Positions 1-12,779 are shown, counted from the first letter of the whole stretch. The stretch is 63,587 nucleotides of DNA, filler included, from Nemertoderma westbladi (GCA_032718475.1; 4 parts of 4 records of this genome joined end to end with filler, not necessarily neighbours in it), one strand, 5' to 3'. Made by a program: numbers and translations. The notes: a model not told the origin generated them from the letters alone.

Positions 1-1986
1 AGAAATAAATATAATAAGCCTATGGTAAGTACCGGTATGTCAATTATTTTTAGAATAATTGAATTTCTGAATATTTTGGGGTTACTTCGTTACTTTAACT
101 TACTTTATTACCGTTATTTAAGCAGTAGTCCAACTGACAGTGAGACCTAGTTGTTGTATGGCAGGCCTACTATTTATAAATCGTTTGAGTTGATTTATAA
201 TAGATATATACCCGTTTAAAAGGGGTTTTGACAATATTTGAAATAAATGTTATTATTTCTGGGGAAGTCACTACACAGAAGCTGAACGCCTCTCAGTGAA
301 GTGCTATTTATTTGACACTAAAACTGATGATTCTAATTTACCTAAGTTACTTAATACTACGAATTACTTACGATACGGGTGAGATTAATTCTCTAATTAA
401 ACACAACAAAATATTACGGACGAAATTTTTAGGGTAATTTTACAGGAAGTCTACAAACCAGTCTAACAAAGGGTTAGATTTCTGGCTATTACAAAGGACA
501 GGGTACTACGGTATTTAAATAATAAGTAGTAGTAAATATATTGTACTGTCCAGATAGGAAAATACCACCGCCTGACGACCTATAACCGTATCGCTATAGG
601 TACTACGTTATGTATCACGGATTGTTCCTACCCAGAAGCTAATAGAGCTAACGAATGTGCCTATCAACCACTTTACAACACAAATATACTGCCTACACTA
701 ATTACTTCGGAAGGCACTGTACTCTAAACCCTAAATTAGGTACAAGTACCGGTATAACAAATAATCAGTAGTTAAATATACTTGAACAGTTAAAAGAACC
801 ACGGCATCTGCTGGAGTGACCGAAGCACAAAGTCGTCAGTCTTTACCTACGCCAAGCAGCCCTGATGTAGTACCGGGGTTAGTTTAACTATAACGGTATG
901 TATAACAAGCACAATTACTGTAGGAATAAACTTGGGGACATGAATGTTGCGAATAATCGCATAAACTCTGAATAATAAATATTACGCTACCCGTACAGAA
1001 TACTCAAACAAATACAAACCAAACGCTGGCAGACTACTATCAAGCCTAAACAAACTACTGTATGTGCAGATTCTGAAACTGTTAGTTAGTATGCGTGCTA
1101 ACACGGTAGTACGACTTACTCTTTAAGAGGGGATTGACCTTACAGTGTTGACTGCCCCAACTTACTAACGGCACTTGATCAGACCAACTCTACACACGCA
1201 GCAATCCCTTCAGACCCAAAAAATAGCTAGACAACAATCCAGCCTACAAATATTTGAGTAATAACTATTACGGTACCTGAACAGACCACACAAACAAACA
1301 CAGGCTAAAAACACTGGCAGACTACGATCAAGCCTAAATAAACTACAGTATATGCAGACTCTGAAACTGTTAGTTAGTATGCGTGCTAACACGGTAGTAC
1401 GACTTACTCTTTAAGAGGGGATTGACCTTACAGTTATGACTGCCCCAACTTACTAACGGCACTTTATCAGACAAACTCTACACACGCCGTAATCTCTCCA
1501 AACTCAACAACAGTCAGACAGCAGCTCAGCCTACAATTATCTGAACAATCTGAGCAGGGTCACACGCCTTCTGCTCAATATTAGCCTACTAGGAAATAAA
1601 ACCGACAGAAATAGGTAAAATCTCAATAAAAATTCAGGGCTGCAGTCCCTGATTAAGTACTAAGACCTACCAGTATACAATAATCAAATCGAATAATACT
1701 AAATGTACTTGTACAGCAGTACCGGTACCGGTGATGACAGTTAGGCCTACTGACCTACAAAGTACCGGTTCAGTTTTACCAGTCACTACGGTAGTTTGCA
1801 ACCTTATTGCCTACTGCAATAAGATTTTAAACTGTTACTGTTCGTCAGAACAGTATTAAACTGTATTTAATGCCTACACTTGCAACCTTATTGCCTACTG
1901 CAATAAGATTTATAAACTGTTACTGTTCGCCAGAACAGTATTAAACTGTATTAATGCTTACACTGCAATACAATATAAACTGTTAC
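1..1986 (-). mobile_element. Internal leader region of a BEL/Pao-type LTR element, downstream of the 5' LTR at 1987-3215; runs off the window edge
   Basis: Abuts the LTR end with no TSD. Its first ~50 nt on the minus strand resemble the leader at 16868-16906 that precedes gag. No long ORF. Confidence 0.55.
1026..1487. repeat. Direct repeat, two ~175-bp copies about 290 bp apart
   Basis: ctggcagactac...ctctacacacgc at ~1026-1199 and ~1314-1487, nearly identical. Confidence 0.85.
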
Positions 1987-1990
1987 TGTT
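1795..1990. repeat. Tandem ~84-bp duplication of the LTR-end/leader junction
   Basis: ttgcaaccttattgcctactgcaataagatt...aaactgttactgttcg occurs twice in full; aaactgttactgttcg occurs three times. Confidence 0.8.
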
Positions 1991-3215
1991 CGCGCTTTTG
2001 AAGACCTTTAGCAGTTTAACCTGCCAAAATTTATATGTCTTTTAGTTAATTAAAACCACTTTAGCATACGACAATAATTTATGCTAATACGCAAAACATT
2101 AGCCGAAGTCAGCCCATGCGCGATCATTCACCCGATGGATCTACACCCGGGAGACTGAATTCGGATGCTTGAATTGTATTATTACAGTGTAAGGTTGCAG
2201 TGTATACCTAATGTATTATTCGATAGATCGTTAATAATTAATCTCTGACAGATATTATTGGCTTTCGGGAAATATTAACAGTTCCTTTAGGACGTGGCGC
2301 TTTATCTATTTAAACAGAACTAAGACTTATACTAAACGCAACGATACTGCTTATGATTAAAGTATAAAACGTATTCTTTAGGAAATACTTTGTTACCAAT
2401 CACAATCATACACACTATTCTGCCGACAGTCAGTACATTTGATCACACATAAAGAGAGCAGTAATTGACTCACGTAGGGTCTGCTAAATAACATTGGATT
2501 CAATACACACCACATTAATATAAATCGCAATTGTTATATATAGCCGGTCTCTCTAACCTGTAGTGTTATCAAGAAAATTGGGAATTGGGTGATTTATCCG
2601 TATTATCCAAATAGCAATATTTCCATCAACAAATATTTACAATTAATAACTGACGGTAAAATAACAGTACAAACAATATGATTAATGAGTTAGGTGAATG
2701 AGTGATTAGTAGTTAGGTAACAGTTTATACTTTCGATAATTCAAGCAGTTTACGGTACAGCAGTATCTATCCAAAAATGCCGGTGTTTCTGGCTTAGACA
2801 GCAATAACAACAAAGTATCAAGAAAAAACAGTAAGACTGAACACTCTCCTTATGATCGGCAGAAAAGCTACACGTCGACAGGAAAAACCGCCCTGATTGG
2901 CCCAAGCCAAACAAAGAACCACGCGGCCAATGGCTGTTTCCATGTCAGCAACCAGCTGCTAGATGTCGTAATATGAATCATCACGGCTAAGCTGTGAAAG
3001 GTGGTTGGTGCATTACAAGTTTTTTGTCTTACCATGTCCGCTAAAACACGTATATAGCAGAATGATTTTTATGTCCGTTAAAACACCTGTAAAGGTACCT
3101 TGCGGGCGAGGGGAATATATATACAGTTAGAAAACCTTTTTTAGAGTATTCCAGCGCCTGGGGGGAACTGGCCAGCATAGGCAAACGTATCAGTTATCCC
3201 ACAAAAGCTTTTACA
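1987..3215 (-). mobile_element. LTR of BEL/Pao-type retrotransposon (subfamily A), probable 5' LTR
   Basis: Minus strand runs TGTAAAAGCTTTTG...AAAAGCGCGAACA (TG...CA). Same termini as 15580-16867 and 57234-58387; close inverted copy at 26465-27271. Confidence 0.85.
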
Positions 3216-3328
3216 TAGGCAGCTACGTACAAGTACTGTACGGCATTACTGTAAGTTCCTATCACTACCCCTATTAAGTATTAATCATTAATAGATTGGT
3301 TTTTTTTATATTTGGAATCCCCACACAT

Positions 3329-4510
3329 TTACACCAATTGTTTGCCGATTGACATTTTTATAAATTCTTTCCAAGCTAGATCCATATTTCCTTTGTACAT
3401 GTCAACGCAGGTAGAGATGTCACGAATAATATCAATCTCGAATCTTGGCAACAAATAGCACAACATTAAGTCGCTAGTAGAAGTGGCACTATGTGTAGAA
3501 CAATTTCTACTCACATCAGCCTGGAGTTTTCGTAAAGTCCCGATATCGGCTTTCATTCGCTCAAACCCGTAGTTATAGATTTTATCCCAAAGAGTTTTGT
3601 TGAAATGTTGATATAACATCCAATCTCCTAAGTTTATCTCACGTATTCTATCTATCTCTGTGATCTCCATGCGACCAGGTTTCAACCCATTGGTATTTTT
3701 TTTTTGATAAACAACATCACGAAACTCCCAACATAGCATGTTCTTCAAAATTATTAGCGATTCTTCGAAGAATTCTAGAATTAAAACAAACTGAAATTCT
3801 TTATCTATTTCTTTAATTATTTCATGTATTTCCGAAACATCACTGTTATTTTTTAGAATATATCCGAACTCATTAAGCATTGGGTTAACGAAAGGTTTTC
3901 CATTGAAGGTTACCGTTTCAGGGTGTTTCAAGTAGATACTGAGCAGAGACTCATGGGCGGCGTTTTGCATTGTTTTGAAAAGTTTCTTTCTTTCGTAAAA
4001 ACGTATATATGATGAAATTACGCCAGCTGGGTCTCTTATGTTGGAAATATATGATGTACCAGCAGGCATAATATTTCTTATAGTCTTATCGTATCTGCAA
4101 TGAATAAACGATATATTTGGGTCTTTGGTGTAATTATCCAGGTGCTTCAGCCACCAGTACTCCCATTCGTTATTCGTTAGACTGATAGATATTCCTCGTT
4201 TCGGAATCGCCGGTTTGAGATTGTGAGACAATGCATAATTTGTAAATATGTGCACCGTGGATGATGATCCAGTTTTATGAGTTTTTAACCAAAATATATT
4301 AGAAACTGGCTTTACACAATTACCCTGATTATCTGTGTGGCTATCCTGTTCATAGTCGATGGTCATGGTTACTTCCTTTATTTCTGGAAATATTTCAACG
4401 GATTTGTAAATCAACCTATCGCAAGTATCATATAACGAGAAGTATTGAAATGCAACAAATACCAAAGCGCAAATAATGAAATATTTGATATATTTCAGTC
4501 TTTTCATCAT
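3329..4510 (-). CDS. Galactose-3-O-sulfotransferase family protein (GAL3ST/cerebroside sulfotransferase-like), single coding exon, ~393 aa
   Basis: First ATG at 4510 (track ORF starts at TTG 4543). N-terminal basic stretch plus TM helix (type II Golgi topology), PAPS-binding motifs FWLKTHKTGSS and IRDP...SSY, and family motifs FVLILEFFEESLIILKNMLCW and N.GDWMLYQHFNKTLW. Confidence 0.92.
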   Translation of the reverse strand: MMKRLKYIKYFIICALVFVAFQYFSLYDTCDRLIYKSVEIFPEIKEVTMTIDYEQDSHTDNQGNCVKPVSNIFWLKTHKTGSSSTVHIFTNYALSHNLKPAIPKRGISISLTNNEWEYWWLKHLDNYTKDPNISFIHCRYDKTIRNIMPAGTSYISNIRDPAGVISSYIRFYERKKLFKTMQNAAHESLLSIYLKHPETVTFNGKPFVNPMLNEFGYILKNNSDVSEIHEIIKEIDKEFQFVLILEFFEESLIILKNMLCWEFRDVVYQKKNTNGLKPGRMEITEIDRIREINLGDWMLYQHFNKTLWDKIYNYGFERMKADIGTLRKLQADVSRNCSTHSATSTSDLMLCYLLPRFEIDIIRDISTCVDMYKGNMDLAWKEFIKMSIGKQLV

Positions 4511-6149
4511 GCGATATGTAAGAGTAAAACCAGTATATAACAAAAAACAAGATAAAAATTATTTAAATCTTATACTGTATATCATATTAATCCATAGATA
4601 TGTCAAATTATCTCATATAGTGTTGCTAAGGAAATGATTGCTTATTTGATCTGGAATGCAATGCTATTTGTTTATATGTATGTGTGTGTGTTTAAAAAGC
4701 TGGTTTTTGGTGTAGTTAGTTTGATTAACATGTGTCCTGCACGGGTTAATGTAGCTGATGAGCCAAATCCCGGCGAAACACATATCATATGCAAAAATGT
4801 AACCAATGTGATAATTTTATTTACAGTATTTAAACAGGGTTGCGCTTTGTGTCCCTGCTTAAATAAAATGATGACTACTTACGGTTGAACAGATAGGATC
4901 GATGTTGTTTCTCTGTTTCCAATTAATTTTACTTGCTTGATATTGGTCTGTCAAAAATTATATTTAAGAAGTAGTAAGGAAAGCTTGAAAAGTTGATAAT
5001 TATATTTTATTTATATTAATATTTAACGTCAAGCTACTAATAGTAAATAACAATAATAATAGTACATACTAACTACATAATAATAAAAAAGTAATAGTAC
5101 ATACTGCTAACACACGTTACAGCTCTAAGGATGTTGTCACCTCTAACATCGTACAAAACCATATTGGATAAGGTATTCTCACCAGGCCACCTTTAGTTAG
5201 GCCTACATCAGCTTATACCGGTATGCAGGGGAAATCATACTCCACAGCCGTCGCTACACCTACGTCTAGTGCTGTAAGTCTGCCCAACCAGAGGATGTCC
5301 GAGCTTCACTACAACCAGACCCGATACAACCCCGGCAGCTACCGACCCATGGCACCTCCGGCTCCGCTAACACAACCACTGCATGTCTATAGTCCACGAG
5401 TTATCCCAAACCTGGCAGTGTTTTGTGAATTGCGACCAGCCCTTTCACTACATGAATTACAAAGGTCTGAGTGAATAACACTGGTGAATGTAGTGCCAGT
5501 GTTAAACGACAGTTCAAATTTGGTGTCTAGCGTAACACCCAGTGAACAGTTTCAAGTAGATACAACAGTTGGAACAGCGAATAATACAGATAATGCAGAT
5601 GCGGTCTCTCCATTCGTACTTATAGACAACCACCTGGTGGCTGAGTTATTCGAGGCCACAGTCAATACGGTGGTGGTAATATCTGACACAATTTACAACG
5701 CATCCCATAACAAGCACATAGCAGTTGAAGAGCAGCTCGAAGAGACTGAAGAGTCGATTCTTAATGCAGATATGGAGATAGCGGAACATCTGCAACAAGG
5801 GGTCCAGTCGTTGGATACAGTTGTCCCAGCCACCGATTACAGTACAACTTCAGAGAATGCATAAACCTAATGAAACTAATGCGGAGTGGAAAATCGTGCC
5901 GAATACGTGACCGGAAACCACAGCCGTTACTGAGAATTCTCTCCAAGATCGCAACCGAATGCAATGGGGAACTGTTTGCCCGTTCACAACCCGTTTGCCC
6001 CCCCCCCCCCCCCCCCCTCCCGATCAATAGACTAATAATAATTCCGTGGAATCAGTCCCCGGGATCGGCGCTCAAGAAGTCAACGATTGAATGATAAAAC
6101 TGGTGGCCCCTGGTGAAATTAAACTCTAATACTAACGGTTCGAAAGTCC

Positions 6150-9100
6150 TAATAAGCAATAAGATAGCAAGGCATGTTGATTTTCATAATCTTGTACAAT
6201 CCCACGATATTTTTATATGTACAGAAACTTGGTTAGCTCCTAATGGTATACTTAATTTAGATATAAATGGATAGGTATTTTAAAGTTTGTCGTAAAAATA
6301 AACATCCTTTTGCAAAACGTTTTAGTGGTGGTGTGATGGTATATTTTAAAGTGGAACTGGAGTCCCATTCATTTAACTTTTTTAAAAGATTTTGATATAG
6401 AAGATATTTTGTGGCTGAAACTTGACAAACAGTACTTAGGTCTGGAGCGAGATATTATTTTCTGCTGTGCATACATGTATATAGCCCCAAATAAATTCGA
6501 CAAGCAACAATAGTAGCACAATCGATTTATTTGAGGATATAAAGGGGATTGGTGCTCTATTGGGATAGTGCATATATCGTAGTTATAGGTGACTTGAATG
6601 CCAGAACTGCCAAAGGAAGTGATTAAATTTTAAGTAGTGGTATGATTGCGCATTGTGACGAAGCTCTAATTGGGGAGCAGATGGATGACGAAGGGGAATT
6701 TTTGGAGTTTTCTGTAAATGCCGCCAGAAATAATGTAGATAAAAAAATGAATACTTTGGAACAAAATTATTATCCCTATGTAAAAATACTGGCCTTCGTA
6801 TTTTTAATGGACGGCTTGGAAAAGATAAAGAGAAGGGTGATTTTACTTTTCATTCCAGAAATGGAGCTTCTACAATTGATTATGTTTTAGGCACGGTACC
6901 AATTATGGTGCAGTGTAAAGATGTCTCTACTGTATAGGTGACATAAATGTTTATAGCAACAATTGTGCAGTTTCATTAAACTTAGACGTGCAGCAGGTGC
7001 AATCATTATCCGAGGCGACAAATCAGCAAACAAATAGTAGTAATGTTACAGAGGGAACTCCTGTGAACCGATATTTTTGGAAAGCCAGTGTGAAGCAGCA
7101 ATATTGCAAATATGGAAGATAAAAAAATGGAAATCGAGCTACGAGATATCGGTGATATGCTTATCTCTGATCTAAATTTCCCCGTGAAAAATATAGAAGC
7201 TGCTGTTGGTAATCTTTCAGATATTTTTGATAGCCAGGCGGATATTTTATCCTTAAGTCGCACGTCAACAGGTAATGAAAATGAGGAAATTAACTTAATT
7301 AGTTCTGGTGCAATTTGATTTAATGAGGATTGTAGAGTAGCTAAGTTAGCATTTAAAAATGCCTTGATATCTTGGAAGAGATCAGGAACTCCAGAAGAGT
7401 TTTCTCTATTGCAAAGTAGGAAAACGGTTAATGGTAGTATTAATAGTAACATCAACGTAATTGAAAGAAAAATTGTTTTGAAAAAGATTTGAGTATGCCT
7501 TTCGAGGAATTAGAAGTGTTTAACGTCATTACTAGGCTAAAACGTGGAAAATCGCCCGGTATTGATAATATTTTAAGTGAATTTATTATTGAGGGTCGTG
7601 ACCAATTAGTACCTGTGTTAACTTTGTTGTTTAGTGCTATTTTAGAATCAGGTAATTTTCCTATGGATTGGACCATTGGAATTATATGTCCTTTATTTAA
7701 AAAGGGTAATAGTTTAGATCCCGGTAATTATCGTGGTATAACTTTGTTATCAATTCTGGGTAAATTATTTACGTCTGTTAATAAACAATCGTTTACAATA
7801 ATGGTGGGCGGAATGTTATGGTATTTTAGTTGAAGCTCAGGTTGGTTTCCGAGCAGGGTTTTCTACAGCTGATCAAATGTTTATATTACGAGCGCTCATA
7901 GACCATTGGTCTACATGGAACAACAGGTCAACCTGGAAGAAAAAATTATATTGCGCATTTGATGATCTGAAGAAAGCGTTCGATCTAGTTACAGTAGTTG
8001 ATCGGCTCTATGGTTGAAATTGGTGCAATTAGGTGCAGGCGGGAAAATGTTTAATATTATTAAGAATATGTATAGTAGGGTAAAATCTTGTGTACGAACA
8101 AACGGTATCTTATCAGAAATGTTTATAGTATCAAATGGTGTCAGACAAGGGGAGTGTTTATCCCTTTTTCTCTTCAGTATTTCTATAAATGATCTAGAAA
8201 ATGATCTACAACATGGTGGTATATAGGGTATCTCTATTGGTGCACTGAAATTATTTTTATTACTCTTTGCAGATGATATTGTTATAGTGGCAGAATTAGC
8301 GTCGGCTTTACAGCAATCTTTAGTAATTCTAGAACATTATTGTAAATATTGGTGTCTCGAAGTAAACTTAGATAAATCAAACGTGGTTGTGTTTGGAAAC
8401 AAAGGTCGACCATCAACTGGTCAGTTTTACTACCGTAGAAAGGTGATGCCCAAGATCAACCAGTACACATATCTAGGTATTATTTTTTCAGGGAATGGTA
8501 AATTTTGTAAGGCACAGAGTAATATTGCAGAACGGGGTAACAGCATATTTTTCATTATTAAAATATTTTGTCCGCTTTCCTTATGCATCTTTTGATTGTG
8601 CTTAAAACTTATTTAATTCCTTGGTAAAACCTACTTTCATTTATGGTGCGGAGATAGGGGGTTTTGAATCCGCTGTTGATGTAGAAAGGGTGCAGTTAAG
8701 GTTTTTAAAAAATGTTTTGGCCGTTAAAAAGTCAACTCCTAATTTTGCTGTATATGGAGAGACAGGGCAGTTGCCTCTTATTTTGGAGCGTCACTTTCGA
8801 TTAATTGAGTTGGATCAGGATTTTAAATTTGCCAAGCTCTGGGTTGGTGAAACAAGCATATTTAATGTTGTGCAATGATATGAGTAATAATAATATACAG
8901 TACAATAGTAATAGCACTCGACTGAATAGTTGGGTTGCGCAAATAAGAGGGTTACTGAACCATTTAGGTTTTAGTTGGGCCTGGCAAGACCAAGCTGTAG
9001 ATGATGTTAAAAGATTTCTTATATTAGCAAAACAACGTACAGTATTACCGACCAGTTTGTGCAATTATGCAATTATGATTATTATTATCAGAAGTGGCAT

Positions 9101-11300
9101 CGTCCCCAAAAGGTAGATTTTATATTAAAGAAATATTTGAACCCTCAACATATTTACATGTGTTAGTGACCATTTAGCTTTGCGAAGACTGTTTGCGCAG
9201 TTTAAATGTTCATCGCATAGGCTTAATATACAGTAGGTCAGTAGGTTGTTTTAAAAAATTATTTTATCATGCGGTCACTGCAAAACTGGCATTTAGGTGG
9301 ATTTGAAACGTTAAATATCTAATTTCAACTTTGGAGTATGGCCTTCTAAGTGTGTTAATCGAATTCGGAATACATTTAAACATAAAGAAATGCAGCAATC
9401 TCCATTTAGGCAAAAATGGCATATAAGTGGTTTGAAAATGGAAGCGCCAAAATTTTCATTTTCTGCAATTTGGTCAATGGACATAATTGAAGTATCCTCG
9501 TTAAACGCAGGGTTGAAAAGTGTTGCAAGCGTTACATGTATTTAATGTCTAAATTGCATGCAGTGTATACTGTAGTTTAAAAGGCATAAATAAATAAAAA
9601 ATAGGTTTCAATAATTGCGATTTTCGACCCAAAATTCACATCTTAGTATTTTGATAATATATTTGGCAATTGTTGGTGAAATTTAAAATGGTTTTCAGAT
9701 TCGGAATCTGCAGTTGAAGGCGGTTCTAATGACATCTAGAGTACATTCCAAAGACAAAAAATAAAGCAGACAGAGGTGGCTAAATATTGCTATTTTTATG
9801 TAATGCCCAACACGTAACGTCCGACTCCATTCCGCACAACTTTGAATTGAAAATGTCGGCTTCAAAAGATCTGCAGTGAAATTTCGAAATCCTTTTCGAA
9901 AAATAGAATAGTTGAGCTACATTTTGAGCCCAAAAATAATAACATACCAGTTAATACGCATCCCAAACGAAAAACAATTACAATTGCCTCTAATAATAAT
10001 ACTGAACAGCACAGTTCATTAGTTGTCTATCGTTGAATGGTAAATGAACGGCCGATTATTATTAGAATGTATTTGATAGAAATTTTTTAGTCAAAAACAG
10101 CGAATGAGATACAGAGAAAACTAAATACAGTACTAAGTCCACTGCTAACTATTCCCTGGTTCAAAACTCCGCCCACTAAAAGTGACTCTGTGACTGTAAC
10201 TCTCTCGAATGGGCGGTGTTGGAGTACATTTGAGGTGGTAGTGATCATTTGATGTGTCGATTTATACTTTTTTTAGTTTTTTATTCTTTATTATTAGTTG
10301 TACATCAGCGTGGACAAAACAAATTACCAACAATATCATCATGAGACATTACTACTGTAGGCAGATTAAGCAAACAGTAAATATAATTACAATGAGTGAT
10401 ATTGAATTGAGCAATATCCATTCATTCACACACTAAAAAGTTATTGCAACTTTAGTCTCTGCAAGGCGAACTCAGAAACGGAACTCAATATCCAATATTG
10501 GTTTGTAGTTAAGCGGTTCCCTAGTTACGTAATAAATTTACGAGAACACTAAATTATTTAACATTGAGTAAGGCGGAATTAGGAGTTGAAGAGTACAATA
10601 ATTTGACTATGGAAGCAATGTAGTAAAATACTATAGTTCAATTTATTTTGTAACACAATATCGCTCTATCGTTTATAAAAAATTGAGCAACAAAGAAAGT
10701 AACAATTTAAGAATTAAATTACGTATTACATGGGAAAACTTATTTTGAATATTATCACTACCATTTAGTAATGGGTCGAAAGTCCTCCCTAGCCCTTCAC
10801 AAGGGAGGATGGACGTAGTGAAGGGGTAGTAATGATGGAATTAGTAGTTAGGGAACAACGTATTTGCAATATGTGTACCAATAATTCGGTTGAGAATGAA
10901 TATCACTTTCTATTAGTTTGTAGCCATTATAATAACCTACTGTATGATGCAGCTATTTAGGTAGAAGATATAAGGTCTACCCGAGTATTTCTAAATATAC
11001 TGAGCTAATGGGTACAAAAACGCCAGATTTTGAATATTGCCAGGTATATTTTTCACGCATTTAAACTACGTGTCGTTGCATTGTAAGAACAGATATCTAA
11101 TATTATATTTGGTTTATGCAGTTTAACTAACTAACTAACTACTGTAATATTGAATTATGTACTGTATGTGTAATGTACTTTTGTTTATATTGTCTGATTG
11201 TGCTGTATGTCAGTGGGTTATATTTAAATGGTGCAGTATCAGTGGAAGGTTATCCTTCAACAGGGGCATTAAGTTGCCCAAGTTTGATTATTAAACACAC
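6150..11300 (+). mobile_element. Degraded non-LTR retrotransposon with APE endonuclease and RT, RTE-X-like; interrupted at ~9240-10825
   Basis: Frameshifted motifs in order: CTETWL, GGVMVYF, GDLNART, KSPGIDNI, DPGNYRGITLLSILGKLF, GVRQGECLS, LLFADD, YTYLG, LKNVLAVKKSTPNFAVYGETGQLPL, and C-terminal RICNMC...ENEYHFLLVC. Clade assignment from motif memory. Confidence 0.85.
9240..10825. mobile_element. Non-coding insertion(s) splitting the RTE-X-like ORF; non-autonomous DNA or Helentron-like repeats
   Basis: LINE coding similarity stops at HRLNI (~9230) and resumes near REQRICNMC (~10850). Segment 10423-10577 has an inverted paralog at ~24660-24802. Confidence 0.6.
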
Positions 11301-11304
11301 AAAA

Positions 11305-12418
11305 AGTAAAAAAACCGTACCGGTAGGTATGTACAACAAGTAAATAAAAATCGACTGGAGACCCAGACGTGCATATAATTGCGTGCGCCCCGGAGTCATA
11401 CAAACGCGGTGTGGTTTGCGGTATGTTCCATCGCATATTTAACGTCAGTAAGGGTGGGGATGGTTATCAACTCAATTCTGCTATTGGGGAAGCGAAGTCT
11501 ATTCGTCACAATAACCAATATACGGATGCGATGGTCCTACATTAGCTTACTGCGGTACAAGCCGCTAGGGGGCGCACAGGCAGTGACACAGGGACTGAAG
11601 TGACAGCGGTGGTTCCCTGTGAGGTCATTGACCTTGATGGCAACGTGCCGTCTGACAGTTCCAGGCCCATTATCTGTAAGTTTGAGTACCGTGGCAGGGC
11701 AACCGACCTCTTTGTTCAAAGGTTGCGTGGTCTCATAGCCACGTCTTGCACACAGCCAGTTCGGTTTGTCTTTACAACATCTAAACTGCGCCAGTCGCTC
11801 CCATCATTAAAACATCCTGTCCCTGATATCCTTGTTTCTAACGTCGTTTATTATTTCTCCTGTCCCTCTTGTAAGGGGGGATATGTTGGACACACTATCC
11901 AACACCTGTTTGAACGCGTTAGACAACACCAGGACGGTACAGCCAATGATGGGAGTGAGCAGGGCAAGACTGTGCACAACCACATCATGACGCACAGCGG
12001 CGAGCCCAATACACGTTGGCTGACTGACTGGCGCGAGCTTTTTAAACATTTCAAAGTTATTGCTAGCCACCCACTGCGGCCTGTTCTGTAAAAGCTTGAA
12101 ATGTACTACTGTATATTCGCACGCGCCAGCCATTTATCAATAAGCAGAAACGTGATTGGCGTAAGTTTGTGGTGCTGCTTCCCAGTGGTTAGTTAGTTAG
12201 TATGTATCAGCCCCATCACACTTTGCCTGTTCTTCTCCTTTGGGAACTTCACTCTACTGTCGTCCTGCAGCTTGAGCATCCTGAGAAAGCCCGCTGTATT
12301 GGGGCGAAACCTACAGATCAGCTGGCTGCAGTCAGCTGATTACTATTACATGCATGTCTGGGTCTCCAGTCGATTTTTATTTACTTGTTGTACATACCTA
12401 CCGGTACGGTTTTTTACT
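11305..12418 (+). mobile_element. 5'-truncated Penelope-like element (RT thumb plus GIY-YIG endonuclease) bounded by ~75-bp inverted repeats
   Basis: ACAPESYKRGVVCGMFHRIF..NNQY (thumb), then LPSLK...SNVVYYFSCPSCKGGYVGHTIQHLFERVRQH (GIY-YIG). Arms 11305-11379 and 12345-12418. Confidence 0.88.
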
Positions 12419-12779
12419 ATTAGTACAGTAGCTTGACGTTAAATATTAATATAAATAAAATAATATGTGCATTTTCCAATAACACACTAATTTTATGTTT
12501 CAATTCCGTTATATTTGTATCTTCTCCCTTTTCGTTCCTTTTCGTGCTCATTCCATTTCGTGCTCTTCAAATATCCATAATACATAGTATATATTTAGCA
12601 TCACGGCATTACAAATTAAGTAAATTACAAGATAGGCAATTAATTCTTTGTAGGACCATCTAACTAATGTTTTTGTTGTGCATATATCTCTTTATGTATT
12701 TTTATTTTGGTCAATAAATTACATACATACATAGACCGTACTGTATGAGTTATCAACTGTTTCTTTTATTGAGTTCATC

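Noticed and set aside
5223-6094. Short Pro/Ser/acidic ORFs upstream of the RTE-X-like LINE
   Set aside because: Could be a decayed ORF1, but no recognisable motif or splice structure.
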